A stretch of DNA of 64,000 nucleotides from Rhodospirillales bacterium (GCA_038143065.1 JAYQLI010000035.1:2464894-2528893); one strand, 5' to 3'. Counted from the stretch's first letter, positions 53,996 to 63,560 are shown. Notes: generated from the letters alone by a model not told the origin. Translations and numbers: made by a program.

Positions 53996-54553
53996 CTACT
54001 CTCGGGGCGCATGTTTGGCTAAAATTCTTTGCAGGGTTCGCCTGTGCATCCTTAAGCGCCTCGCGGTCTCCGATACATTGCGGTCGCACTGCTCATAAAC
54101 GCGTTGGATGTGCTCCCACCGCACTCTGTCAGCAGACATTGGCATCTCTGGCGGGGGAGGAGGGGATTCTGGTGTGGCTAGTAAGGCCGCTTCAATTTGA
54201 TCTGCATCAGCAGGCTTTGGAAGATAGTCTATTGCACCGGCCTTCACAGCAGCTACAGCAGTTGCAATGTTTCCATAGCCCGTGAGTATTATTGCGCGTA
54301 CGTCTGGACGTTCTGCTTGAAGTGCGGCAACCACATCGAGCCCGCTACCATCCCCAAGTCTAAGGTCTACTACAGCATAGGCTGGCTTGAGATGCACGGA
54401 TTGTAATCCTTGCGCAGCACTTTCTGCTGTATGGACATCGTACCCACGCCGCTCCATCGCTCTTGCGAGTCTTCTTAGAAAAGGCAGATCGTCTTCAACG
54501 ATCAGCAGGCTCTTTTCCTCGAGGGCGTTTTCACCAACATCTTCTGTAGTCAT
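53996..54553 (-). CDS. regA: ActR/PrrA/RegA redox response regulator
   Basis: LTGYGNIATAV, PMSADRVRWEHIQRV, NVSETARRL.MHRRTLQR. Confidence 0.97.
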   Translation of the reverse strand: MTTEDVGENALEEKSLLIVEDDLPFLRRLARAMERRGYDVHTAESAAQGLQSVHLKPAYAVVDLRLGDGSGLDVVAALQAERPDVRAIILTGYGNIATAVAAVKAGAIDYLPKPADADQIEAALLATPESPPPPPEMPMSADRVRWEHIQRVYEQCDRNVSETARRLRMHRRTLQRILAKHAPRE

Positions 54554-54557
54554 ATGG

Positions 54558-55883
54558 CTAATCCTTTAACTCCGCCTCAAGATCACTGCGGGACCAGGAG
54601 GCTGTAATTTCTGCCCCAGCTCCCGATCTATTACCAAATGTAAGCCGAGCTCCTGAATTCTCCAACAATGTTCGAGCGATAAATAATCCAAGACCCATGT
54701 GGCCATCTTTGTTTTTCCGAGTTGAGATATACGGATCCCCTATTCGTTCCAATAGATCCGATGCAAAACCAGGACCATCATCTACTACGGTGATGCTAAC
54801 GTTTTTAGCACTCCAAGCAACAATAATGGATACTTCTTTACGCGCGAACTGTAATGCGTTTGCGAGAATATTCGTAATTCCATTCACCAATTCAGGGGAT
54901 CTTAAAACTCGAGGCTCTACTCCAGCGTCTCCAGCTATAGGGCGTTTTAGTATCGAGAAACTAATCTCAGCAGGTTTGCGTTCTTCTGCTATTTCTTCAA
55001 GCAACGCCGAGAAGTTGATGGGGTAAAAGCGCGCTCCTGTGTCATTTTCATCTTCACCAGGCCGAGCTGTTAGATCAGCTAGAATGGAACGACATCTTTC
55101 CGACTGCGATACTAGCAAAGCGATATCTTTACCTGTTTCTGTATCCTCTGGGATTTCTCTTGAAAGTTCTTTTGCAACAAGTGTTATGGTTGCCAGAGGT
55201 GTGCCGAGTTCATGCGCGGCTGCCGCCGCAAGTGCCCCTACGGCCGAAACTTGTTGCTCTCTTCTCAGCGTAGCTTCGACAGCATGCAATGCTTGCATCA
55301 TTCGACGCTGTTCAGCAGCAACACGGGCCACGTAGCCAGCAATAAAAATCAGGCCTACTAAGGTCGCAACCCAAGCAGCTACACCATATATCGAAGCCAG
55401 GTCGGGTGCAGGTCCTGGTAGTTCAACGTGCACAACTGTTAGTAGTGAGACCAATATTGCAACCAAAACTCCCGTGCGAATTGTATGCCTAACCGGCAGA
55501 ATGGCAGCTGATACTGTAACAGGGGCTAGAATTAACATTGAGAAGGGATTGTAGAGCCCGCCAGTTAAACCCAGTAAAAATGCCAATTGAACAGCATCAA
55601 ATCGGAGAGAAAAATTAGCGTCCCGCCGTTTCATTTGGCGTGCGTTACGATATTTCCGTGTGAGGTGAAGGTTCAGAATGCAAGACGCTAAAATAGAAAT
55701 TAGGCAAAACGTCAGCGGAAGATCAAAGTCGAGCCAGAAGCGAACTGTTAAGACCGTAACAAGCTGGCCAGTTATTGCCACCCACCTGATGGCGATCAGG
55801 GTAGCGGCACGAATGTGTCTAGGACGCATGCCGGGAGCGTCATTGAAAATATCTATCTTGAAGGCGTCAAATATGCCTGCCAT
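54558..55883 (-). CDS. regB: ActS/PrrB/RegB redox-sensing histidine kinase
   Basis: GGLYNPF quinone motif, AHELGTPL H-box, ERCR redox Cys, DDGPGF, GLGLF. Confidence 0.96.
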   Translation of the reverse strand: MAGIFDAFKIDIFNDAPGMRPRHIRAATLIAIRWVAITGQLVTVLTVRFWLDFDLPLTFCLISILASCILNLHLTRKYRNARQMKRRDANFSLRFDAVQLAFLLGLTGGLYNPFSMLILAPVTVSAAILPVRHTIRTGVLVAILVSLLTVVHVELPGPAPDLASIYGVAAWVATLVGLIFIAGYVARVAAEQRRMMQALHAVEATLRREQQVSAVGALAAAAAHELGTPLATITLVAKELSREIPEDTETGKDIALLVSQSERCRSILADLTARPGEDENDTGARFYPINFSALLEEIAEERKPAEISFSILKRPIAGDAGVEPRVLRSPELVNGITNILANALQFARKEVSIIVAWSAKNVSITVVDDGPGFASDLLERIGDPYISTRKNKDGHMGLGLFIARTLLENSGARLTFGNRSGAGAEITASWSRSDLEAELKD

Positions 55884-56092
55884 TTAGGCCTCAATCTCTT
55901 TCAAAGAGTACGGCTTCGAGAGTATTCATTTTCGAATACTAACCCGATAAGAGCGCACCCTTCTACTTACTTCTGCACCTGATAAGAAAAAATGAAATAA
56001 GAGAAAGTATGTCGTGTGTTTAAAGGTTGCCAGTTCAATTGCTATCGAGTAGTTTCCGCCGCTCTTGCCGTTAGAAAACATGGCAACAGAAA

Positions 56093-56169
56093 GCGCCCGT
56101 AGCTCAACTGGATAGAGCGTCTGACTACGGATCAGGAGGTTGGGAGTTCGAATCTTCCCGGGCGCGCCA
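56093..56169 (+). tRNA. tRNA-Arg (anticodon ACG)
   Basis: GCGCCCG acceptor stem, AGCTCAACTGGATAGAGC D-arm, CT-ACG-GA loop, GTTCGAATC T-loop, encoded CCA. Confidence 0.98.
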
Positions 56170-56567
56170 TATTTTTCAATGACTTAGCTGGTAGTTGTCG
56201 AATTGAAAATGTATAAAACACCCTCATAAGGGTTTTAACAATTTGATCGATTAAAAACAAAAATAGGTTGGACCAAGAAGCGATGCGGCATAGGCCAGTG
56301 TAAATGTTATAACTAAAGTGGCTCATTTTTGCATTTGTAGTTCTATTGCACAGCTCTCTCATATTGATTCTCTGTTTTTACCACCTTTGAAAAAGGCTTT
56401 AGGGGCCCGTCGCGCGTTCTAAAGACCTTGGTGAAACTTTCTCAAGAATTTAGATCAGAGATCGCGGCCCGGGGTTCTGAGTTAGAGGTTAGGCTAGGCA
56501 AATTTGGTTGAGAGGTTGAATTATTGGGATTAACCTTACTAAAAGTATTGCTGATGGAATATGCCGA

Positions 56568-57413
56568 ATGAGTGATATAAACGTCCAGCCTAGCGCACTC
56601 TCAGGATTTGCCCAGAGTGCTGATGTCCGCCGCCTGACAGAAGCTGAAAAAAACCAGTATAGGCGTGACGGGTATGTTAAGAACCTGCCAGTGTTCTCCA
56701 AAGACGGCGTTACCGAATTGCAGGCGCTCTACAGGGATATGGCTTTGCGCATGCCGAACGGTCTAGACATCAATAAAGTAAACAACTGGCACAAGGCGAG
56801 TGCCCGCGTATTCGATGTCTGCCGCACGCCCGCGATCCTCGACTATGTGGAAGATGTGATTGGGGCAGACATCATGCAGTGGGGTTGTCAGCTCTTCGTC
56901 AAGCATCCGGGCGACGGCTCGGTCGTGCCCTGGCATCAGGATGCTCAATACTGGCCGCTAAATCCGCACCGCACCGTAACAGTCTGGCTCGCTGTCTGCG
57001 ACACCAACGCGGAGAATGGTGCTATGCGTCTGGTTTCGGGCAGTCACCACAAGGGTAATTTTAGGCACGAGACCAATGACGCAGAGAACCTAGTGTTGGA
57101 CCAGGAGGTGCCGGAGCCACTGATCGACTATGGACGGGTGGTAAGCATGGACATGAAGGCTGGCGAGATGTCACTGCACGATGACGGGCTGCTGCATGGC
57201 TCTCTGCCGAACACCTCGGACCAAATGCGCGTCGGCTTTACCATGCGGTTCTGTCCACCGGACGTGAAGTGTGATCTCGACGTCTGGCCGAATTTCGAGA
57301 CCTATGTCGCGCGTGGAGAGGATAAGTTGCTCCTGAACCCGAGAGGGCAGGAGCCAAATGGTGAGCGGTATCCTGTCCGTCGATTTCAGCACTCGAGTGA
57401 GTTCGCGGGTTGA
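56568..57413 (+). CDS. Phytanoyl-CoA dioxygenase family Fe(II)/2-oxoglutarate oxygenase
   Basis: WHQD, ENGAM..V.GSH, HGS.PN.S..R. Confidence 0.9.
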   Translation: MSDINVQPSALSGFAQSADVRRLTEAEKNQYRRDGYVKNLPVFSKDGVTELQALYRDMALRMPNGLDINKVNNWHKASARVFDVCRTPAILDYVEDVIGADIMQWGCQLFVKHPGDGSVVPWHQDAQYWPLNPHRTVTVWLAVCDTNAENGAMRLVSGSHHKGNFRHETNDAENLVLDQEVPEPLIDYGRVVSMDMKAGEMSLHDDGLLHGSLPNTSDQMRVGFTMRFCPPDVKCDLDVWPNFETYVARGEDKLLLNPRGQEPNGERYPVRRFQHSSEFAG

Positions 57414-57530
57414 TGCGCCGTTTAGTTCGTGAGCATCAGAGTAAGTTGTCATAAAATATTAAAAATTTGAATCGAGAGAGGTAAAAAAATTACTCTCCGA
57501 CTGGCTGGATTTAATTAGGAAAAGTGACAG

Positions 57531-57836
57531 CTAAGAGTGAGTTTGTGGTGAGGTTGCATTGACGGTTGAGCCAGAAGGTTTTTGTTTGGCACTAGCTTTT
57601 GAAGCGAACCACACTGAATGCACAGCGCAGACAAGATAAATTGCAAAAACGATTGCAAGATATGTCCAGTCTAGTCCTGTAAAGAAAGAGAGGAAGTTTA
57701 AATTACTTCCACTACCCCAACACATAAAGATCTCTCCAACGCTATATGACAAAACCAAGTCAGTAGTAGGTCCTATTTCATTCCTCAGTAAACAATCGCG
57801 CATTATTCTTGCTTGGTACATAGCGAAGTCAAGCAA
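57531..57836 (-). CDS. Hypothetical membrane protein or gene remnant
   Basis: 101-aa ORF with a hydrophobic segment; no recognisable family, poor start. Confidence 0.25.
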   Translation of the reverse strand: MLDFAMYQARIMRDCLLRNEIGPTTDLVLSYSVGEIFMCWGSGSNLNFLSFFTGLDWTYLAIVFAIYLVCAVHSVWFASKASAKQKPSGSTVNATSPQTHS

Positions 57837-57981
57837 TCTAGATTTCGCCCATCCATGATTTTATTTGGCTACCAAAACTAGGATTATCTGGTTTAGTGGT
57901 CAGATGACATTATTAACCAAGATTGCTAATCACACAGTCAACTTTATTTCTAGTCTCAGATCGTAGTTTGAAGGATCCCGA

Positions 57982-58476
57982 ATGATGCGCCAATGGGCTG
58001 TACTTTTTTGCATGACAGCGAGCATATTGTCCTTACATACACTGGCCGTTGCAGCTGAGTACAAGTTAGGCAACGTGAGTATTGTTAACCCCTACAGCCG
58101 AGCAACGCCCACAGGTGCTATGACAGGCGCTGGATATATGAACATCAAGAACATTGGCGAAGAAGACGACCGATTAATTTCTGCTTCTTGCGGATGCGCT
58201 GCTAAAGCTGAAGTGCATGAAATGTCTAATAACAACAACATAATGTCCATGCGCCACATGACTGAGGGACTCCTTATACCTGCTAAGGGAGAAGTGCCTC
58301 TCAAGCCGGGCGGCTATCACATCATGTTTATGGGCTTAAAGAAGCCGTTCCTAACAGATGACACTGTCAAAGCTACTCTTACCTTTGAAAAGGCTGGTGA
58401 AGTCACTATCAGTCTTAAAGTTATGAGTTTGAGGGGTAGCAAAAAGAAAATGCACGATAGCCATTCTAAACATTAG
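57982..58476 (+). CDS. Copper chaperone PCu(A)C
   Basis: Signal peptide, HEM...M.M, LKPGGYHIM, His-rich tail. Confidence 0.93.
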   Translation: MMRQWAVLFCMTASILSLHTLAVAAEYKLGNVSIVNPYSRATPTGAMTGAGYMNIKNIGEEDDRLISASCGCAAKAEVHEMSNNNNIMSMRHMTEGLLIPAKGEVPLKPGGYHIMFMGLKKPFLTDDTVKATLTFEKAGEVTISLKVMSLRGSKKKMHDSHSKH

Positions 58477-58637
58477 TCTGCACCATGTTCTCGCAGGCTC
58501 CACCAGATTTGCTCAACTGGTCTGTTCTCAAAGCCTCAATCAGATTTTTTGGTTACGAAAACGATCCACTTAACTAATCAGAGGAATGTGGCGGAGTGTT
58601 TCCGCAAAATACTGTGGTGTACGCAAAGGTTTGATCA

Positions 58638-58853
58638 TTGAAAGAAAAGCGAGAACTTTCTGAACCTCAGATTTCAGAAATAATTCAGATGGCATTATCA
58701 GATCATGTCGCATTTTCTGATATTGAGCATCAATATGGTTTGAAAGAACGGGAAGTTGTGACCCTTATGCGTAAGAGTCTTCGCAAGGGCTCATATCGTA
58801 GTTGGCGCAAAAGGGTAGCAACCTTTGGAAGTAGGCGTGAACATTACAAATAA
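58638..58853 (+). CDS. TIGR03643/DUF2805 family small protein
   Basis: I.MA..D...F..I..QYGL.E.EV..LMR..L...SYR.WRKRV. Confidence 0.85.
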   Translation: MKEKRELSEPQISEIIQMALSDHVAFSDIEHQYGLKEREVVTLMRKSLRKGSYRSWRKRVATFGSRREHYK

Positions 58854-58902
58854 CCTTTTCACTCAGAAGACCTTTGAACTTCTGCTGCAGCTCACCCAGC
58901 TA

Positions 58903-60084
58903 TCAAGACCCAAGTCGCATGATTGCCAAGGCCAAGGTCTTGGCGCGCGGAACCATAGTGTCTAGACGCATGAACTTCTCCGGCGTATGCGCCCGTCCTC
59001 CAACCGGTCCAGTGGCGCACACAGTTGGAGTGCCAACTTGCGCTGTGAAACCTGAATCGGCTGATCCACCTGAAAACTCCCCGCCAATGGTCAGGCCCAT
59101 ATCAGCACCGGCAGCAGTATAAACATCGAAAATTTGTTTACTTTCCTGTGATTGAGTAAGGGGAAGAAAACCACGGCTTTCAGTGATCTCAGTTACTGTT
59201 CCGGTGACATATGCTGTCTCCAGTATTTCGGAGATTTGTTTCCACACTGTGTCGCGCGCCTCCATAGTTTTAAAACGTACATCGACTTCAGCTTCTGCGA
59301 GTGGAGCGACCATGTTGACTGCACTTCCGCCACTCACAAGTCCTACATTGACGGTCGTTCCAACTTCGTAGTCAGTCAATTTGTGGAGTTCAGTGACCTT
59401 TGCAGCAAGTTCTCCAATAGCACTGATACCCTTCTCATGCTGGCCTCCAGAGTGTGATGATTTACCGGTAATTCTAAATTTAAAGAAGCTAGCACCTTTG
59501 CGGCCAATGACAGCGTTTCCACTCTCGCGTCCGGGCTCTGCATTGAATACCGCGCGGGCGTTGCGCGCCTCATTTTCAATAACGGGCCGAGAGGATGGGG
59601 AGGCGATCTCCTCATCTGAGGTGTAAAGCCCTATCAAAGGATAGGGACAACCTCCAAACCGTTTGAATGCTGCTAGCACGAAGGCGTTCATGACCAGTCC
59701 TGCTTTCATGTCGGCTACGCCAGGACCGTAGGCGATATCACCTATAATGCTGAAGGGCCGCCGTTCTGCTTCGCCGTCTGGGAAAACCGTATCTCGATGC
59801 CCCATTAAAAGTAAGGGTTGGTTTCCCTCGCCGCCGCTGACATGAGCACGAATACAATCGCCGAACTCTCCGTGAGGAACGCGGTCAGTTGGAATACCTT
59901 CTTCTTCAAACCACTCTTCAAATGCCCGCCCAACAGCGTCCACGCCTTTTTTGTTGTAGGAGCCAGAATCAATATTGACTACTTTCTCCAGTAACTCGGT
60001 CATTGCCGGGCGTTGTTCATCGAGCCAATTGAGTAAGTCGGTTTGTTTTTTAATAGACGGAGACGGCATTGTTAGTAATTCCAT
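58903..60084 (-). CDS. M20 family metallopeptidase (glutamate carboxypeptidase-like)
   Basis: GHRDTVF, GPGVADMKAG, DEE, GGSAD, AH. Confidence 0.9.
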   Translation of the reverse strand: MELLTMPSPSIKKQTDLLNWLDEQRPAMTELLEKVVNIDSGSYNKKGVDAVGRAFEEWFEEEGIPTDRVPHGEFGDCIRAHVSGGEGNQPLLLMGHRDTVFPDGEAERRPFSIIGDIAYGPGVADMKAGLVMNAFVLAAFKRFGGCPYPLIGLYTSDEEIASPSSRPVIENEARNARAVFNAEPGRESGNAVIGRKGASFFKFRITGKSSHSGGQHEKGISAIGELAAKVTELHKLTDYEVGTTVNVGLVSGGSAVNMVAPLAEAEVDVRFKTMEARDTVWKQISEILETAYVTGTVTEITESRGFLPLTQSQESKQIFDVYTAAGADMGLTIGGEFSGGSADSGFTAQVGTPTVCATGPVGGRAHTPEKFMRLDTMVPRAKTLALAIMRLGS

Positions 60085-60274
60085 TTTGAGAGGGTTGGCA
60101 ATGTTGCCATTGCTATCGTCATTTTGTCGACGTCGTGCCTTTGGGAGGCGCGCAGTGAGTCCAAATTATTTTGGACGTTTTAATTAAAAAAATTCAAACG
60201 CTACGGATCGCAAGATGAAAAAAATTTCATCTTTTAGTCATCTTCTTGCCATAGGTGGCGATGTAAATAGGAGG

Positions 60275-60347
60275 TAGGTTCATTTTCCTCCCTGAACTCA
60301 GCTCAGCCCACTTGTTTGGCCTCAAAGTCAACTTGTGGGCTTTTTTT
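60275..60347 (+). ncRNA. alpha-r8 / MmgR (suhB family)-like small RNA
   Basis: Hairpin GGTTCA-TTTTCCTCCC-TGAACT exposing the TTTCCTCCCT motif, then AGCCCAC...GTGGGCT stem and T-run. Confidence 0.72.
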
Positions 60348-60421
60348 ATTGGATGATGTTGTGAGAGGATAAACTCTCATGAACGCCTTTAGATTTGAGG
60401 TGAAAAAAAATGAATGAATAA

Positions 60422-60607
60422 TTGCAGAGATCGCATAGGTTTAAGCTGAGTCGTCCTTTTGCAGAGAGAGTTTGCAGTGACATGGAGCCTGAACTTCAGC
60501 CGTTGAGCGGGCAAGTTTCACAGAAAGTTGCCTGCCACATGACAAATCCTTCATCGGGGCATACGAAGGTTAACAGCAAGGAAGTTGAATATGAGCCAAT
60601 CTTCTGA
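60422..60607 (+). pseudogene. C-terminal remnant of an oligo/dipeptide ABC transporter ATPase
   Basis: RF..(R)PFAERVC...EP.L......KVACH resembles the OppD/F C-terminal Cys motif; no Walker motifs upstream. Confidence 0.6.
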
Positions 60608-60776
60608 AGAACCATTTCCCGGATATGTGTATTCGAGCGAAGCGGCCAAGCGTGCAGAGAACATTCAGGGCGCTGGTCGGAAGGCGATATTTAAATTTGC
60701 TGAGGGTTCTCTCTTTGATACCGAGCCAGCCATTATTGACAAAATCATGGCCAAGAATGCGGAGACGCATAAATGA
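60591..60776 (+). CDS. Small protein coupled to the amidase
   Basis: AAGGA RBS, 61 aa, ATGA overlap with the amidase start. Confidence 0.65.
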   Translation: MSQSSEEPFPGYVYSSEAAKRAENIQGAGRKAIFKFAEGSLFDTEPAIIDKIMAKNAETHK

Positions 60777-62212
60777 GCCTAACTGATTTGACACTGTTTG
60801 AGGCTGCAAAAGCGGTAGCGAATGGCGAAGTGACTTCATTAGATCTTGTTGAGGCTTCACTGAGTCGGATTGAAATGGTGGACCCTAAGCTGAATGCTTT
60901 CATACGTGTAGAAGCAGATACTGCTCGGTCAGAGGCCGCTGAGATCGATAAAGCTCGTGCTGCTGGCAAAAACCTTGGCCCGCTTGCTGGTGTGCCATTA
61001 GCACATAAAGATATGTATTACCGTGCAGGTGGCCTTACTACGTGTGGGAGTAAAATTCGAAAGAATTTTAGACCAACAGTAACTTCAACTGCTTTAGCTC
61101 GCCTCATGACCGATGGTGCTGTTTACCTTGGTGGTCTGAACATGGCTGAGTTTGCATTTGGTCCGACCGGCCATAATGAGCATTTTGGTGCCTGCCGTAA
61201 CCCTTGGGATCCTTCGAGAATTACTGGGGGCTCTTCATCTGGTTCTGGCTCGGCAACCGCTGCGCGTATGACTTTTGGAGCCCTTGGTTCTGATACTGGT
61301 GGTTCGATCAGGCTGCCTGCAGGCTTGTGTGGTATTGTGGGGATGAAGCCTACGCAGACCCGGGTCAGCAGATTTGGCGTTATGGGCCTATCGTTTTCAT
61401 TAGACAACGTTGGGCCACTAACTAGGACTGTACTGGACAATGCCCTCATGCTTGCGTCGATTGCTGGGCATGATCCAGAGGATCCAACTTCCGCAGCTGT
61501 GCCAGTAGACGATTATGTTGGAGCAGCACAATCGCCCAGCTGTAATGGCATCCGTATCGGAGTGGCACGCGGATATTTTGAAAAAGATGCGGACGCGGCA
61601 GCCTTAACTGCACGCGATGAGGCTTTAGCAGCCTTTAAATCTGCAGGCGCTGTTATTGTGGAGACTGATGCGGGTAATTTAGATGATGTCAAAGCGATAA
61701 ATGCTCTTTCTGCGCTTACTATGGGGCCAGAGGCTGCAACGCTTCATGCACACTGGCTTAAAACCTGCCGCGATGATTACGGCGCTCAAATGCGAGCCCG
61801 GTGTGAACCTGGATTTCAATATAGTGGCGTAGACTATCTCTCGGCCCTTCAACTTCGTCCCAGGATTGTCGAAGAGTTCATTCAGCGTGTTTTCTCTGAC
61901 TGTGATTTTCTGTTGGCTCCAACTTTCAATGTTGAAACACCAACTATTGAGGAAACTGATGTTTTAGATCATCAGGGTTTTGAAGCGATTATTGCACGTA
62001 TATCCCAATGTACTAGACCGTTTAATTATCTCACCCTCCCAAGTCTTGCTTTGCCAACGCCATCCTTTGTGGCGGGTATGCCTGGTTCCATCCAACTTGT
62101 CGGGGCGCCTTTTAGTGAAGCTAGAATTTACCAAGCTGCGGCTGCTTATGAAGTTGAAGCTGGTTATACCAAGCGAGTCCAGATCTATGAGATAGTGTTT
62201 GATGAAGTCTGA
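60773..62212 (+). CDS. Amidase signature family enzyme
   Basis: HKD, GGSSSGS, GSDTGGSIR Ser-cisSer-Lys triad. Confidence 0.93.
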   Translation: MSLTDLTLFEAAKAVANGEVTSLDLVEASLSRIEMVDPKLNAFIRVEADTARSEAAEIDKARAAGKNLGPLAGVPLAHKDMYYRAGGLTTCGSKIRKNFRPTVTSTALARLMTDGAVYLGGLNMAEFAFGPTGHNEHFGACRNPWDPSRITGGSSSGSGSATAARMTFGALGSDTGGSIRLPAGLCGIVGMKPTQTRVSRFGVMGLSFSLDNVGPLTRTVLDNALMLASIAGHDPEDPTSAAVPVDDYVGAAQSPSCNGIRIGVARGYFEKDADAAALTARDEALAAFKSAGAVIVETDAGNLDDVKAINALSALTMGPEAATLHAHWLKTCRDDYGAQMRARCEPGFQYSGVDYLSALQLRPRIVEEFIQRVFSDCDFLLAPTFNVETPTIEETDVLDHQGFEAIIARISQCTRPFNYLTLPSLALPTPSFVAGMPGSIQLVGAPFSEARIYQAAAAYEVEAGYTKRVQIYEIVFDEV

Positions 62213-62682
62213 AGTCGGACCTTCCTACGTCGTTAGTTGATCGAGTTAATATTCAAAACCAACCAAGCCCGCACGAACCGAAATTCGTGTGGGCTTAGTT
62301 TTGTGCTTGGGAGGATAATCTATGAACCAGCCATCAATTTATACGAACTAAAATGGCGAGATCCTTTCAGAAATCTTAAAAAATATTCATCTAAACAAAT
62401 GGCTTGTCTGCATTTCTTAGTTGCGTGGGGTAGTGACCTGAAGTGCTAAAAATCTTTCACCAACTACTGTTTTACTATCGTTAATTCAGTCATGGATGAA
62501 TTTTAATAAGCAATCAGGAATGAATGGATAATCAAAGTTAAAAAAACTCAGTAATTAAACAAATAAAATCATTGTGTTGCAGATTTGCTCAACGATTTTT
62601 TTTCTGGTTTCCTTGACCAAGGTGTCATCATTGCAGGTACGCTACCTACTCCAAAAACCGTAATTACAAAGGAGCCGCTTAA

Positions 62683-63258
62683 ATGGAAATCGTTGTAACA
62701 GGTCATGGTATGGATGTCAGACAAACATTAACCTCTCGCATAGAGTGTGAATTTGTCGAAAAAGTTGGCCGTTATTTTGAAAATGCAATTGAGGGCCAAG
62801 CGACACTCAAGCGACAGCAAAGACACTTTTTTGCTAGTTTACGGGCTCATATTGCTCGTGGCACAACTATAGAAAGTTCAGGTTCAGCCGTTGATGCGCA
62901 CTCAGCCTTTGATGCAGCTTTGGAACGAATGGCTAAGCAACTTCGTCGATATAAGCGGAAACTCGTATCAACTAATCATCATTCTCCATCATCAGTTTTA
63001 TCTCCGGCAATTAATTTTGCTGGCAGTGAACAGGGAAATAGAGAAAAAGAGTCTTTTGAGGCTGGAAATGAGCCGGTAATTGTTGCCGAAACAACTATGG
63101 CTATTCCAGAACTGACGGTTTCAATGGCTGTGAACCGCATCAATATTTCGGGACGGGCAAACCTGTTTTTCCGTAACGCTGCAAACGGTCAACTGAATGC
63201 GGTTTATCGAAGAGAAGATGGCAATATTGGATGGGTCGATCCATCAATGCAGGAATAG
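62683..63258 (+). CDS. hpf: Ribosome hibernation promoting factor (long HPF/RaiA)
   Basis: AAGGAG RBS, KQLRRYKRKL, C-terminal VYRR.DGNIGW.DP. Confidence 0.9.
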   Translation: MEIVVTGHGMDVRQTLTSRIECEFVEKVGRYFENAIEGQATLKRQQRHFFASLRAHIARGTTIESSGSAVDAHSAFDAALERMAKQLRRYKRKLVSTNHHSPSSVLSPAINFAGSEQGNREKESFEAGNEPVIVAETTMAIPELTVSMAVNRINISGRANLFFRNAANGQLNAVYRREDGNIGWVDPSMQE

Positions 63259-63287
63259 TGGGGACTAGAAGTTTTAAAACCTGAAAT

Positions 63288-63323
63288 GCTAAAGCCCACC
63301 TCTTGGCGGGCTTTAGTTATTTT
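63288..63323 (+). terminator. Rho-independent terminator after hpf
   Basis: GCTAAAGCCCACC-TCTT-GGCGGGCTTTAGT stem plus T-rich tail. Confidence 0.75.
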
Positions 63324-63560
63324 TAGAAGTAAAATTCGTAGATATTGATTTGGTTAAAGAGACAATTTTCATATCACGAAGTAACAACATCTAAAACCTT
63401 TATTCCACATCGTTAACCGAATTAAGACTAGAGCTAGATGACGTGCTCATATCTAAAATTTGGATAAATGTTCCTGATTTAGCGATAGATATTGGCCCAA
63501 CAGCGCTTCCTAAAAAGCTAAAATTTTGACAGGTAAATTAATTAAACGGCTAAGAAAAAC

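Noticed and set aside
56568-57413. Fe/2OG halogenase
   Set aside because: The HQD motif keeps the Asp ligand; halogenases have Ala or Gly there
58488-58506. tRNA/tmRNA-like 3' end (GGCTCCACCA) as a right attachment site
   Set aside because: Does not match the tRNA-Arg 3' end and has no T-arm; likely chance
60773-62212. gatA
   Set aside because: No gatB nearby, and GatA-typical segments such as DEFAMGS are replaced by AEFAFGP
62237-62449. 70-aa ORF after the amidase, plus the many antisense ORFs in the track
   Set aside because: No RBS or recognisable motif; antisense ORFs are shadows of well-supported genes
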